Program-made: the position numbers and the translations under genes
Source: an uncultured Brachyspira sp.
GTDB lineage: Bacteria; Spirochaetota; Brachyspiria; Brachyspirales; Brachyspiraceae
Assembly (NCBI GenBank): GCA_949300355.1
Contig: CASGDY010000010.1
Span: 1 to 46,677 of the forward strand
Direction of reading: 5' to 3'
Length of the DNA: 46,677 nucleotides
Part shown: positions 9,354-19,402 of the stretch, in pieces
Position numbering within the stretch: position 1 is the first letter of the stretch
Layout of the letters: each line of letters starts with the position of its first letter
The notes under the pieces: generated by a model
What the model saw: the letters and a program-made list of their open reading frames with translations, nothing else
Databases searched by the model: none
Told to the model about the DNA's origin: nothing

Positions 9354-11246
9354 ATGAAAATAGCTGTTTCTCAATTAGAAATAATACCATCTATGCCTTG
9401 CGATAATACGGTAAGAATAATAAGTTTCATAAGCAAAGCAAAAAAAGAAAATGCTGATATAGTAATATTTCCGGAATTATGTATTTCAGGATACATGATT
9501 GGTGATATGTGGGAAAGCGAAGGATTTATAAAAGAATGCGAGGAACTAGGAGAAGAAATAATAAAATCTTCAAATGGTATATATGTAATTTTTGGAAATG
9601 TTGCATCTGATAAAAAGAAAAAAAATTTTGACGGAAGAATAAGAAAATATAATGCTATGTTTGTAGCTAAAGACGGTAAATTAATACATAATAATACCAC
9701 TGAATACCCTTTTATAATAAAATCATTACTGCCTAATTATAAAGAATTTGAAGATCCTAGACATTTTTTCAGCTTAAAAGATTTAGCTTTTGAAAATAAT
9801 ACTGATGTAAAAGAATATTTAAAACCTTTAGAAATAGAATGTAATGGTGAAAAAATAAAATTAGGGCTTACTATATGTGAAGATGCTTGGAGTAAGAATT
9901 ATACATTTTCTCCTATGGATATTATAAATTCCAACAAAGATGTAGATTTATTTATTAATATATCAAGCTCTCCTTACACTTTAGTTAAAGATGCTAAAAG
10001 ACATAGCATGTATGGAGAAATTGCAAGTAAACATAATACTCCTCTTATATATATTAATAATGTAGGAATACAAAATAATGGAAAAACAGTGTATACATTT
10101 GACGGCAGAAGTTCTGTTTATGATAATAAAGGTAATTTGCTATTAACAGGGAAAAGATATGAAGAGGATTTGTATTTTATTGACATGGATGTAAAAAATA
10201 AAGTATATAAACAAACTTTGGAAATAAAAGAAGAAAATGAATATAAATTGATATATGACACCGTTATTTACGGAATAAGAAAATTTATGAAGTCTATAGG
10301 AATTAATAAGGTTGTTATAGGTGTATCAGGAGGTATTGATTCAGCATTATCATCGGCTATGTATGTAAATGCCATTGGAAAAGATAATGTTTTACTTGTT
10401 AATATGCCTAGTAAATTCAATTCTGATACAACTAAAAACCTTGCAAAGACTTTATCTGATAATTTAGGCTGTGCTTATATGGTAGTTCCTATACAGGAAT
10501 CAGTAGATTATACTGTAAAGCAATTAGAAACCTCCCCTATTATAAAAGACGGTAAAGAAGATCATCTGAAATTATCATCTTTTGTTATAGAAAATATACA
10601 GGCAAGGGATAGATCATCAAGAGTATTATCTGCTATAGCTGCTAGTTTTGGCGGTGTATTTACATGCAATGCCAATAAAACAGAAACTATGGTTGGATAT
10701 TCCACTATGTATGGAGACGGTGCTGGATTTTTTGCCTGTTTAGCTGATTTATGGAAGTATCAGATATACGGACTTGCTAATTATGTTAACAAAGAAGTGT
10801 TTAAAAAGGAAATTATTCCTGAAGGCACTATAAATATCGTACCTAGTGCTGAACTTTCAACTGCTCAGGCGGTAGATGAAGGTAAAGGCGATCCTATAAA
10901 ATATGATTATCATGATTATTTATTCAAATTTTTAATGGAATCTTGGAACAGAGCAATATTAGAAGATATACTAGAATTCTATATAGAAGGAAATTTGGAA
11001 GAAAAAATAGGATGTCAGAAAGGACTATTAAAGAAATATTTTAAAAGCGGTGCTGAATTTTTAGACGATTTAGAGAAATGGTGGAAGCAATATATGGGAA
11101 TGGCTATATCTAAAAGAATACAGGCTCCGCCAATACTTGCAGTTAGCAGAAGAAGTTTCGGATTTGGAAACAGAGAATCACAGAATAGAATTTATTATAC
11201 AGCTAAATATTTATACTTGAAAAACAAAATTTTTGAACTATATTAA
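9354..11246 (+). CDS. nadE: Glutamine-dependent NAD+ synthetase
   Basis: Nitrilase-like domain (FPEL, LLPNYxEF, ICED) fused to a synthetase domain (GVSGGIDS, ENIQAR, NKTE, GYSTMYGD, PSAEL). Confidence 0.95.
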   Translation: MKIAVSQLEIIPSMPCDNTVRIISFISKAKKENADIVIFPELCISGYMIGDMWESEGFIKECEELGEEIIKSSNGIYVIFGNVASDKKKKNFDGRIRKYNAMFVAKDGKLIHNNTTEYPFIIKSLLPNYKEFEDPRHFFSLKDLAFENNTDVKEYLKPLEIECNGEKIKLGLTICEDAWSKNYTFSPMDIINSNKDVDLFINISSSPYTLVKDAKRHSMYGEIASKHNTPLIYINNVGIQNNGKTVYTFDGRSSVYDNKGNLLLTGKRYEEDLYFIDMDVKNKVYKQTLEIKEENEYKLIYDTVIYGIRKFMKSIGINKVVIGVSGGIDSALSSAMYVNAIGKDNVLLVNMPSKFNSDTTKNLAKTLSDNLGCAYMVVPIQESVDYTVKQLETSPIIKDGKEDHLKLSSFVIENIQARDRSSRVLSAIAASFGGVFTCNANKTETMVGYSTMYGDGAGFFACLADLWKYQIYGLANYVNKEVFKKEIIPEGTINIVPSAELSTAQAVDEGKGDPIKYDYHDYLFKFLMESWNRAILEDILEFYIEGNLEEKIGCQKGLLKKYFKSGAEFLDDLEKWWKQYMGMAISKRIQAPPILAVSRRSFGFGNRESQNRIYYTAKYLYLKNKIFELY

Positions 11247-11299
11247 AAACTTTATAAATATAATTTTAATGTAAAATTATTGTGTAATTAAAATTTTAC

Positions 11300-11328
11300 T
11301 TGCAAAAAGCAATAATAAATGTTATATT
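11300..11328 (+). promoter_or_regulatory. Sigma70-like promoter of the chemotaxis operon
   Basis: TTGCAA-N17-TATATT with an extended TG, about 45 nt upstream of the GTG start at 11375. Confidence 0.5.
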
Positions 11329-11374
11329 TATACCGTAATATATAATTTTTTAGAATATTAGGAAATTATACAAA

Positions 11375-13306
11375 GTGGCAGTAACTAATATTATAGACAA
11401 TAATATAAAGCAGGACATCCTTGACTATTCTGCAATATTAGAAACAACCGTAAAAGATATTAACTCTTTTCTCGAAGAAGTTGGAAGAGTATATAGCTTT
11501 ATAGGTGAAAAGTTTCCTATGATTGAACAGGAAATGAAAAATGAAAATGAAAAAGCTAATAATCTGCTTTCGTATTTTACTAACAAAGAAAAAGATGAAA
11601 AAAACTTTTCAAATGATTTAGATGAAAATCAGGAAGACTTTTTTAGATCATTTGACCGAATGCAAAATTTTATATCGCAGGATAATGAACTTTCTGATTC
11701 ATTAGTTGAAGACGTTGGCAGAACAAGCAATATTATGGATTCCATAGAACAAATTAGAATGCTTGCTGACCAAATTAAAGTTTATTCATTAAATGCCATC
11801 ATTATATCTTCTAAATATGGTGCAGGCGGTAAAGCTTTTGGAGAAATATCTAAAAACATAATAAAAATGTCTGAAACATCAAATGAACAGGCAGATCAAA
11901 TGAATAGAATCGGTAAGGAATTATTTGTAAGGTTTGAATCATTTAAAACTGAAATACTAAAAACAAATGAACTGCAAAGACAAAATTTTACAATTATGAA
12001 AGAACAGCTCGATAAAGAACATAATAATATGGTTAATTCCTTTGCAGTATTTTCAAATATAATATCAAATATAATATCAAGAGTTGATAATACTTATGAT
12101 TTTATATTTGAAGTAATGATGGTTCTTCCTCGTGAGGATATAGTAAGACAGCAAACAGAACATATAATAGAATCTATGAATTCCATAGTTTATGAAAACA
12201 GAAATTTCATTGAATTTTATGGAAAAGAAGTAGAAACTATGGATGCTGCAGATCTCGAAAAAGAAGAAAATCAGAGCTTGGAGCATAAACTGCTTGATTT
12301 ACTTACTTTCGATGATGTGGTTTTAACTTTAATTATAGAAAACTTTAAATCAATACATGAGGAAATTGATCTTACTAACTCAGATATTTATAAAAGTTTA
12401 AAAGGTTTAAAAGACGCTTTAACAGATATTACATTAGATAGAACTACTATAGTAGAATATATGATTGGAGGAGAAAGCGGTAAATCAGAGTTTCCTTTCA
12501 CAGTTTCAGAGTCTTTATTTAATGAATATATGGGATTTATTAAACTTTATTTGGAAAACTTTAAATTATTCTTAACTAACAAATATAGAATATCTGACAG
12601 TAATATAGCTATAATAGACTCAATAGAAGAATTGGAAAGTATGTTCTTAGAAACAAAAAACATAGCTAAAACTTTTAACTCTATTAACTTTTTAGCTAAA
12701 ATAGAACTTGAAAAGAACAGTAATATATTTAATAATTCTCAGACTTTCTCTATAGAGAGCGTAGAATCAATAGCTACTAACATTACAGAAACAGTAGACG
12801 GATGTTTAGAGCAGTTCCATAATATTAAATCTGCTATTTTCAGTTCAATTAATAAATTTAAATCAAATATTAATCAGCAGTCAAGCGAGCATTCTTTTAT
12901 AGAATCTATGACAGACAGCGTAAGTAAACGTTTAGATGAATCAAAATATATTATTAATAATAACATAAAAAGATTAGACAGTTATGCTGATGAATTATTC
13001 GGACTTATAGATAAAACTTTGGTAGATTTAAGTTCACTAAGTACATTGCTTACAAAAATTAATGAAATAATAGAAATCTTTAATAGTATGAGAAATGTTA
13101 TAAGAGATAAAAAGAATGAATATTATAATTTATTAGGTATAGATAATTGGAAAATAGAAAGTGATAAATATTTGGATATAGTGAATTCTTATACGATAAA
13201 AAAAGAAAGAGCTATCGCTAATAGTATTTTATCTGGAGAAGATGCACCAAATGTCGATATAAGTATAGATGTAGGTGCTGACAGCGGCGATTTTACTATG
13301 TTTTAA
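11375..13306 (+). CDS. Soluble MCP-like coiled-coil chemotaxis protein
   Basis: MCP hairpin-tip motif IKVYSLNAIIISSKYGAGGKAF, no TM segments, C-terminal YTxxxER and terminal DFTMF. First gene of the che operon; GTG start. Confidence 0.7.
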   Translation: MAVTNIIDNNIKQDILDYSAILETTVKDINSFLEEVGRVYSFIGEKFPMIEQEMKNENEKANNLLSYFTNKEKDEKNFSNDLDENQEDFFRSFDRMQNFISQDNELSDSLVEDVGRTSNIMDSIEQIRMLADQIKVYSLNAIIISSKYGAGGKAFGEISKNIIKMSETSNEQADQMNRIGKELFVRFESFKTEILKTNELQRQNFTIMKEQLDKEHNNMVNSFAVFSNIISNIISRVDNTYDFIFEVMMVLPREDIVRQQTEHIIESMNSIVYENRNFIEFYGKEVETMDAADLEKEENQSLEHKLLDLLTFDDVVLTLIIENFKSIHEEIDLTNSDIYKSLKGLKDALTDITLDRTTIVEYMIGGESGKSEFPFTVSESLFNEYMGFIKLYLENFKLFLTNKYRISDSNIAIIDSIEELESMFLETKNIAKTFNSINFLAKIELEKNSNIFNNSQTFSIESVESIATNITETVDGCLEQFHNIKSAIFSSINKFKSNINQQSSEHSFIESMTDSVSKRLDESKYIINNNIKRLDSYADELFGLIDKTLVDLSSLSTLLTKINEIIEIFNSMRNVIRDKKNEYYNLLGIDNWKIESDKYLDIVNSYTIKKERAIANSILSGEDAPNVDISIDVGADSGDFTMF

Positions 13307-13330
13307 TAAAAGTAATGGAGGTATTTATTT

Positions 13331-13594
13331 ATGTCAGTTATAGAGATAAATGATAATCTTAATATAAGAACTATGAGTAAATATTTTAAGAATGTCATAA
13401 AAAGTGCTAATTATAACGAAGATATGACTGTAAAATTTAATTGCGAGGGTGACGCTCATGTGGATTTAGCAGGACTTCAAATACTGTATGCTATGAAAAA
13501 AGAACTTGCTAAAAATCAAAAAAACCTTATAGTAGAAGGTATGGATAATTTGTTTGTAGAATATTTAAATATAATTAATGATAAAAATAATTAA
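13331..13594 (+). CDS. Small STAS-domain protein
   Basis: 87 aa with a VDLAGLQIL motif, directly before cheY. Confidence 0.75.
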   Translation: MSVIEINDNLNIRTMSKYFKNVIKSANYNEDMTVKFNCEGDAHVDLAGLQILYAMKKELAKNQKNLIVEGMDNLFVEYLNIINDKNN

Positions 13595-13613
13595 TGATTA
13601 AGAGGTTAAATCT

Positions 13614-13982
13614 ATGGCTAAAACAATACTAATTGTAGACGATTCTAATACAGCTAGAGCATCTGTTGAATATACTTTAAAGAAAGGCAGCTATACTGTG
13701 GTGTCTGCAGATGATGGTACTACAGGCTTAGAGGTTCTTGGTAAAACTCCAAATGTTGATATGATAATAACAGACCTTAATATGCCAAAAATGGACGGTA
13801 TAGAGTTCATTAAGCATGTAAGAAAAGTAGATCAGCATAAATATACCCCTATTCTAATGCTTACAACAGAATCTCAAGATGAGAAAAAAATGGAGGGTAA
13901 AGCTGCAGGTGCTAGCGGTTGGCTAGTAAAACCATTTAACCCAACTCAGCTTTTAGATGTAGTAAAACGTTTTTTAAATTGA
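13614..13982 (+). CDS. cheY: Chemotaxis response regulator
   Basis: Single receiver domain: ILIVDDS, IITDLNMP, LTTES, WLVKPF. Confidence 0.93.
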   Translation: MAKTILIVDDSNTARASVEYTLKKGSYTVVSADDGTTGLEVLGKTPNVDMIITDLNMPKMDGIEFIKHVRKVDQHKYTPILMLTTESQDEKKMEGKAAGASGWLVKPFNPTQLLDVVKRFLN

Positions 13983-14036
13983 TTTCTAACCATCTTATTT
14001 TATATAATAAGGATTTTATAAAGGTAGAGGTGCTAT

Positions 14037-16214
14037 ATGTTTGATAGTGATGAATTTATTTCGATATTCCTAAGTGAAGCCAATGAAATTGTAGAAGGTC
14101 TTGAAAACGATCTTGTTTTGTTGGAAGATAATAAAAGCGATGAAGATCTTTTAAATAAAATATTTAGAAGTGCTCATACTCTTAAATCTTCAGCAGGTAC
14201 AGTTGGCTTTACAACTATGAGTGAGTTAAACCATGTCGCTGAAAACTTATTAGAAAAAGTAAGAAGCGGTAAGTTGGATGTTACTCCTCAAATGATTACA
14301 GTATTATTAGAGTTCTTAGATACTGTTAAATTAATGCTGCAAAATATTGTAGATGGTAAAAGTGAAACTGAAGGTGTTACTAATATAGATTCACTGAAAG
14401 CTAAAATAAAAGCTATAGCTGACGGTAATGATGTAAGTACCGCTGCTGCTGCACCAAAAGCATCTCCTGAACCTAAAAAAGAAGAGCCTAAGAAAGAACA
14501 GCCTAAAGCAACAGAGGCTAAACCTGAAGAAAAAAAGGAAGATACAAAAACAGAATCATCTGCTGCTTCAGGCGGAGAAAATTCATTCCATATCGAAATG
14601 GGATTTAAAGCTACTATTTTTGATAATGGTATAGACCCTCTTATGTTCTTAAATGACCTTAGAGCTATAGGTACTATCAGCAACTTAAAAATAGAATGTA
14701 ATAGCTTACCTACTATCTTAAATCTTGAAGATCCTTATGTTTGTTATACTCAATTTTCTTTAGATTTTGAAACTAATGCTTCTGAAGAACAAGTTCAGAA
14801 CATTTTCTTATTTGTAATAGATGATAATGATATTAATATTATAAATACAAAAGCTGAAATAAAAGATGATGAGGAAGAAAATAAAGAAACTGAAGCCAAA
14901 GAAGAAGCACCAGCAAAAGAAGAAGCTAAAGAAGATACTGCTGCTAAAGCCGAAGAAAAACCTGCAGAAACATCTGCAGCTGCTAATAAGCCAGCGGCTG
15001 CTCCTAAAGCTGGTACAAAAGTTCAGGCTCCTTCAACAGTAAGGGTTGATACAAGAAAATTAGACAGCTTAATGAACTTAATCGGAGAGCTTGTTATAGC
15101 ACAGTCAAGAATAATGCAGCTTACTCAAAGTTTGGATATAGATAACGGATTAAAAGAGGCTGTAAGTTCAATGGATAGAACTTCCAGACAAATACAAGAA
15201 GAAGTTATGAATATCCGAATGATGCCTATTGGTCCTATATTTAATCAGTTCCATAGATATGTTAGAGATTTGAATTTGGAATTAAACAAAGAAGTAAAAC
15301 TAGTTCTTAAAGGTGAAACTACAGAGATAGATAAAAATATGTTAGAGCAGTTATCTGACCCTCTTAAACATATGATAAGAAACTCTATGGACCATGGTAT
15401 AGAGAAAACAAAAGAAGAAAGAATAGCTAGAGGTAAGCCTGAGTACGGTACAATAACAATGTCTGCTGCTCACCAAGAAGGACATGTTGTTATAGAAGTA
15501 GCTGATGATGGTAATGGTTTAAATAAAGAAAAAATATTAAGTAAAGCTATTGAAAAAGGACTTCTTTCAAAAGATGGTAAATATTCTGATGTAGAAATAT
15601 ACAGAACTATATTTTATCCTGGAGTTTCAACCGCTGATAAAATAACAGACATATCAGGAAGAGGTGTTGGTATGGATGTTGTTAGAGCGAATGTAGAAAA
15701 GATGAAAGGAAAAATAGAAATTAAATCTGTGGAAGGTAAAGGAAGTACGTTTATAGTTAAATTACCTTTAACATTGGCTATTATTGAGGGTATTACTTTT
15801 GCTTTAGGTAAGCAAATATACATAATGCCTTTGATTTCCATTATAGAACAGATAAAAGTAAAAAATGAACAGGTAAAACCTTTTGAAGGTAAAGGTGAAA
15901 TGATAAAAATCAGAGATGAGTATTTACCTTTAATTAGATTGCATAAAGTATTTGAAATAGAAACACAAGTTGATAATATAGATGATGGTATAGTTGTAGT
16001 TGTTGAAGCTGGATATAGAAAATGTGCTATCTTTGTTGATGAACTTTTAGATCAGCAGCAAGTAGTTATTAAATCTTTAGATTCAGCATTCAGCAAACAT
16101 GCAGGAATAGCCGGAGGTACTATACTTGGAGATGGAAGAATAGCCCTTATTATAGATATACAAGGACTAGTAAATATGTCTTTACAAGGAAAGATCAATA
16201 ACGGCGTAAAATAA
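14037..16214 (+). CDS. cheA: Chemotaxis histidine kinase
   Basis: Hpt (FRSAHTLKS), dimerisation (LMNLIGELVI), HATPase (HMIRNSMDHG, DDGNG, SGRGVGMD) and CheW-like domains, with Ala/Glu/Pro/Lys-rich linkers. Confidence 0.97.
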   Translation: MFDSDEFISIFLSEANEIVEGLENDLVLLEDNKSDEDLLNKIFRSAHTLKSSAGTVGFTTMSELNHVAENLLEKVRSGKLDVTPQMITVLLEFLDTVKLMLQNIVDGKSETEGVTNIDSLKAKIKAIADGNDVSTAAAAPKASPEPKKEEPKKEQPKATEAKPEEKKEDTKTESSAASGGENSFHIEMGFKATIFDNGIDPLMFLNDLRAIGTISNLKIECNSLPTILNLEDPYVCYTQFSLDFETNASEEQVQNIFLFVIDDNDINIINTKAEIKDDEEENKETEAKEEAPAKEEAKEDTAAKAEEKPAETSAAANKPAAAPKAGTKVQAPSTVRVDTRKLDSLMNLIGELVIAQSRIMQLTQSLDIDNGLKEAVSSMDRTSRQIQEEVMNIRMMPIGPIFNQFHRYVRDLNLELNKEVKLVLKGETTEIDKNMLEQLSDPLKHMIRNSMDHGIEKTKEERIARGKPEYGTITMSAAHQEGHVVIEVADDGNGLNKEKILSKAIEKGLLSKDGKYSDVEIYRTIFYPGVSTADKITDISGRGVGMDVVRANVEKMKGKIEIKSVEGKGSTFIVKLPLTLAIIEGITFALGKQIYIMPLISIIEQIKVKNEQVKPFEGKGEMIKIRDEYLPLIRLHKVFEIETQVDNIDDGIVVVVEAGYRKCAIFVDELLDQQQVVIKSLDSAFSKHAGIAGGTILGDGRIALIIDIQGLVNMSLQGKINNGVK

Positions 16215-16225
16215 AGGATTGTAAT

Positions 16226-16756
16226 ATGTTAGATAATCAGAAAATAAATGCAGCTAATATACCTCAGGTGGGAGGTACATCTTTAGAACATGATGAAAAC
16301 ATTTCTATTGAACCTAGTCAGCAATTTTTAGTGTTTAAAATTGATAATGAAGAATATGCTCTTGATGTATTGAGTATTGAAGGTATTGTAGGCGTAACTA
16401 ATATAACTCCTGTTCCTGGAAGCCCTAAATTTATGAGAGGTCTCATGAATTTAAGAGGTAATATTCTTCATATAGTTGATATAAGAATAAGGTTTGGTTT
16501 GGATAGAAGAGATGATCATTCTATTGAAGACGATGTTATTATAGTAATATCCACTACTAATAGAAAATTTGGTATATTAGCAGATATGGTAAGTGATGTT
16601 ATTACAGTTTATGAAAGTCAGATGACAGAGACACCTATTGATAATATGAGAGGACTTCAAATTTCTAATGTTATTAGATTAGAAAATAAGATTATTATGG
16701 TTCTTCCTATAGAAGAAATAATAAAATCTAATGATACAAATAATCAAACAGTATAA
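16226..16756 (+). CDS. cheW: Chemotaxis coupling protein
   Basis: FLVF..EEYA, ITPVPG, GLMNLRG, GILAD motifs. Confidence 0.93.
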   Translation: MLDNQKINAANIPQVGGTSLEHDENISIEPSQQFLVFKIDNEEYALDVLSIEGIVGVTNITPVPGSPKFMRGLMNLRGNILHIVDIRIRFGLDRRDDHSIEDDVIIVISTTNRKFGILADMVSDVITVYESQMTETPIDNMRGLQISNVIRLENKIIMVLPIEEIIKSNDTNNQTV

Positions 16757-16775
16757 TATCATTGAGGTATAAAAA

Positions 16776-17627
16776 ATGGAAGATATGAATGAGCATATGC
16801 CGGCTTTAAGCGATGCTGAGTTTAATGAATTAGTTAAAATTATTTATGACAAAACTAGAATACAAATGACTAGTCATAAAAGGGCTTTAGTAACTTCTAG
16901 GTTAAGCAAGAGACTAAGGGCTTTAAAAATGAACTCTTTCAGAGAGTATATAGATTTTGTAAAAAATGCCAAAGATGAAGAATTAACTAATTTTGTAAAT
17001 GCTGTTACTACAAATAAAACTGATTTCTTTAGAGAAAATAAGCATTTTGAATATATGAAAAGTACATTTCTTCCAGAATGGGAAAAGAATTTTAAAGCAG
17101 GAAAAGTTAAAAATCTTAGAATATGGTCAGCAGCATGCTCAACAGGAGAAGAGCCCTACACTATTCAAATGACTTTGCATGAATATTTTGGTGCTAACTA
17201 TGATAAATATGATATAAAAGTTTTAGCCAGCGATATAGATACAAATGTATTAGCTCATGGCAGAGCTGGTATTTATAAAGAAGAATCTGTAGAACCAATA
17301 CAGGAAAATATATTAAGAAAATACTTTTTGAAAGGTACAGGTGATAAAGAAGTATTATATAAAGTTAAAGATATTCTCAAAAAGAATTTATTTTTTAGAC
17401 AATTAAATTTTAAAGATGAAGATTTTGATATTCACACTCAATTTGATTTAATATTTTGCAGGAATGTTATTATTTATTTTGATAAAGAATTCCAAAAGGA
17501 ATTGTTTAATAAATTTCATAGATATTTGAAAGATGACAGTTTAGTATTTATAGGGCACTCGGAAACATTATTCGGTGTGTCTGATAAATTTAAATATGTA
17601 GCAAGCAATATCTATAAAAAGATTTAA
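16776..17627 (+). CDS. cheR: Chemoreceptor methyltransferase
   Basis: TTNKTDFFRE, IWSAACSTGEEPY, IFCRNVIIYF, GHSE motifs. Confidence 0.96.
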   Translation: MEDMNEHMPALSDAEFNELVKIIYDKTRIQMTSHKRALVTSRLSKRLRALKMNSFREYIDFVKNAKDEELTNFVNAVTTNKTDFFRENKHFEYMKSTFLPEWEKNFKAGKVKNLRIWSAACSTGEEPYTIQMTLHEYFGANYDKYDIKVLASDIDTNVLAHGRAGIYKEESVEPIQENILRKYFLKGTGDKEVLYKVKDILKKNLFFRQLNFKDEDFDIHTQFDLIFCRNVIIYFDKEFQKELFNKFHRYLKDDSLVFIGHSETLFGVSDKFKYVASNIYKKI

Positions 17628-17642
17628 TTAGGGGATATAATA

Positions 17643-18236
17643 ATGATTGATTTTCCAGCAGCGGCCAATAGCAATTTTAAGAGAATCACTATATATATAG
17701 GTGGTTATTATGCTTCAAAAGAACCTGCTGTAATAAAAACAGTCCTAGGCAGTTGTATATCCGTATGTCTGTTTGAGAACAAATTGAAATTCGGGGGTAT
17801 GAATCATTTTATGCTTCCTGAAATGAGAGAATGGGAAAATCCGGCTGATGATTATAATAATACTAGATATGGTGTTTTTGCTATGGAGGTTCTAATAAAC
17901 GAAATCATTAAATTAGGAGGAAAAAAAGAAAATCTTACAGCTAAAATATTCGGAGGCGGACATGTACTTTCAGGTATGACTAGTAATATACTTCAAGTAC
18001 CTGATAAGAATATACAGTTTGCTAAGAAATTTTTGGCAGATGAGAAAATACCTATAGTTAGTGAAGATATAGGAGGTTCTTGGCCTAGAAAAGTATTCTT
18101 TTTCAATACTGAAAACAGAGTGCTTATGAAAAAATTAGAAGGTAAAACTAAAGAATTCTCAGCTGAACAAGAAATTAAATATTCTAAAAATTTACAGCAT
18201 AAACTTGAAGAAAAATCAGACATTACATTGTTTTAA
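17643..18236 (+). CDS. cheD: Chemoreceptor glutamine deamidase
   Basis: TVLGSCISVC, GGMNHFMLP, AKIFGGG motifs. Confidence 0.95.
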   Translation: MIDFPAAANSNFKRITIYIGGYYASKEPAVIKTVLGSCISVCLFENKLKFGGMNHFMLPEMREWENPADDYNNTRYGVFAMEVLINEIIKLGGKKENLTAKIFGGGHVLSGMTSNILQVPDKNIQFAKKFLADEKIPIVSEDIGGSWPRKVFFFNTENRVLMKKLEGKTKEFSAEQEIKYSKNLQHKLEEKSDITLF

Positions 18237-18260
18237 TATATTAATAATTAAGGATTTTAT

Positions 18261-19394
18261 ATGGCTACAAAAATTAAAGTATTAGCTATTGATGATAGCG
18301 CATTAATAAGACAGTTGCTTACTAAAATTGTAAACTCAGACCCTGCATTAGAAATGGTAGGAACTGCTGCAAATCCAATTTTAGCTGAAAATAAGGTCAA
18401 AAATCTTAAACCTGACATTATTACTTTAGATATTGAAATGCCGGAAATGGATGGTATTACATATCTTAAAAAACTTATGCTTAACAACCCTATTCCTGTA
18501 ATAATGTTTAGTTCTCTTTTGGATAAACATAGAGAATTAGCTTTAGATGCTTTAAATATTGGAGCTTTTGATTATGTAATTAAACCTTCTGCCAATGTTA
18601 GAGATGGTGTAGAAGAATTAGCTACAGATTTAGTTGAAAAAATTAAAAATGCTTATGCAAATAGAGCTAAATTCTATAGAAAACATGGTGTTACAGTTCC
18701 AACAGAACCTGCTGCTGCTACAGAAAGAAGTTCTATTAGTTTAGAAGCACCAAAAACAGCCGGATTCAAAGTTTATCAAAAAAATACAGCAGATATTATA
18801 CTTCCTCTTACTCCTTCAAGAGAAACCCCTATGGATAAAATTATTCTTATAGGTTCTTCAACAGGCGGTACAGAGGCTTTAATAGAATGTCTTAAAAATG
18901 TTACACCTTCAGCTCCTCCTATCGTTATTGCTCAGCACATGCCTGAACACTTTACTACATCATTTGCTAAGAGATTAAATGGTATTTTAAAAATAGATGT
19001 ATTTGAATCTGAAGATGGTATGAGCATAGGAAGAGGACAGGCTGTACTTGCTAGAGGTGCTAAGCATACTATGATTAAAGTTAGAGGCGGTAAATACTAT
19101 ATAGAAGTTAGAGATGGAGAGCCCGTTACTAGACATAAACCTTCTGTAGATGTACTTTTCAGAAGCGGTGCAGTTTACGCTAAAAATAAAGCTATAGGAA
19201 TAATACTTACAGGTATGGGTGATGATGGTGCTAATGGTATGAAAGAAATGAAAGATGCAGGTGCTTACAATATAGCTCAAAATGAAGAAACTTGTACTGT
19301 TTTCGGAATGCCTAGAGAAGCAATTGCAAGAGGCGGAGTTGATGAGGTTTTACCATTAGACAAAATACTTGCTGCTGCTCTAAAAAGAGTGTAA
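18261..19394 (+). CDS. cheB: Chemotaxis response-regulator methylesterase
   Basis: Receiver domain plus GSSTGG, QHMP, PSVD and LTGMGDDG. Confidence 0.97.
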   Translation: MATKIKVLAIDDSALIRQLLTKIVNSDPALEMVGTAANPILAENKVKNLKPDIITLDIEMPEMDGITYLKKLMLNNPIPVIMFSSLLDKHRELALDALNIGAFDYVIKPSANVRDGVEELATDLVEKIKNAYANRAKFYRKHGVTVPTEPAAATERSSISLEAPKTAGFKVYQKNTADIILPLTPSRETPMDKIILIGSSTGGTEALIECLKNVTPSAPPIVIAQHMPEHFTTSFAKRLNGILKIDVFESEDGMSIGRGQAVLARGAKHTMIKVRGGKYYIEVRDGEPVTRHKPSVDVLFRSGAVYAKNKAIGIILTGMGDDGANGMKEMKDAGAYNIAQNEETCTVFGMPREAIARGGVDEVLPLDKILAAALKRV

Positions 19395-19402
19395 ATATAA
19401 AA

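Noticed and set aside
14440-15030. Repetitive Ala/Glu/Lys/Pro stretches in cheA
   Set aside because: These are ordinary low-complexity linkers flanking the P2 region, not a DNA repeat element.
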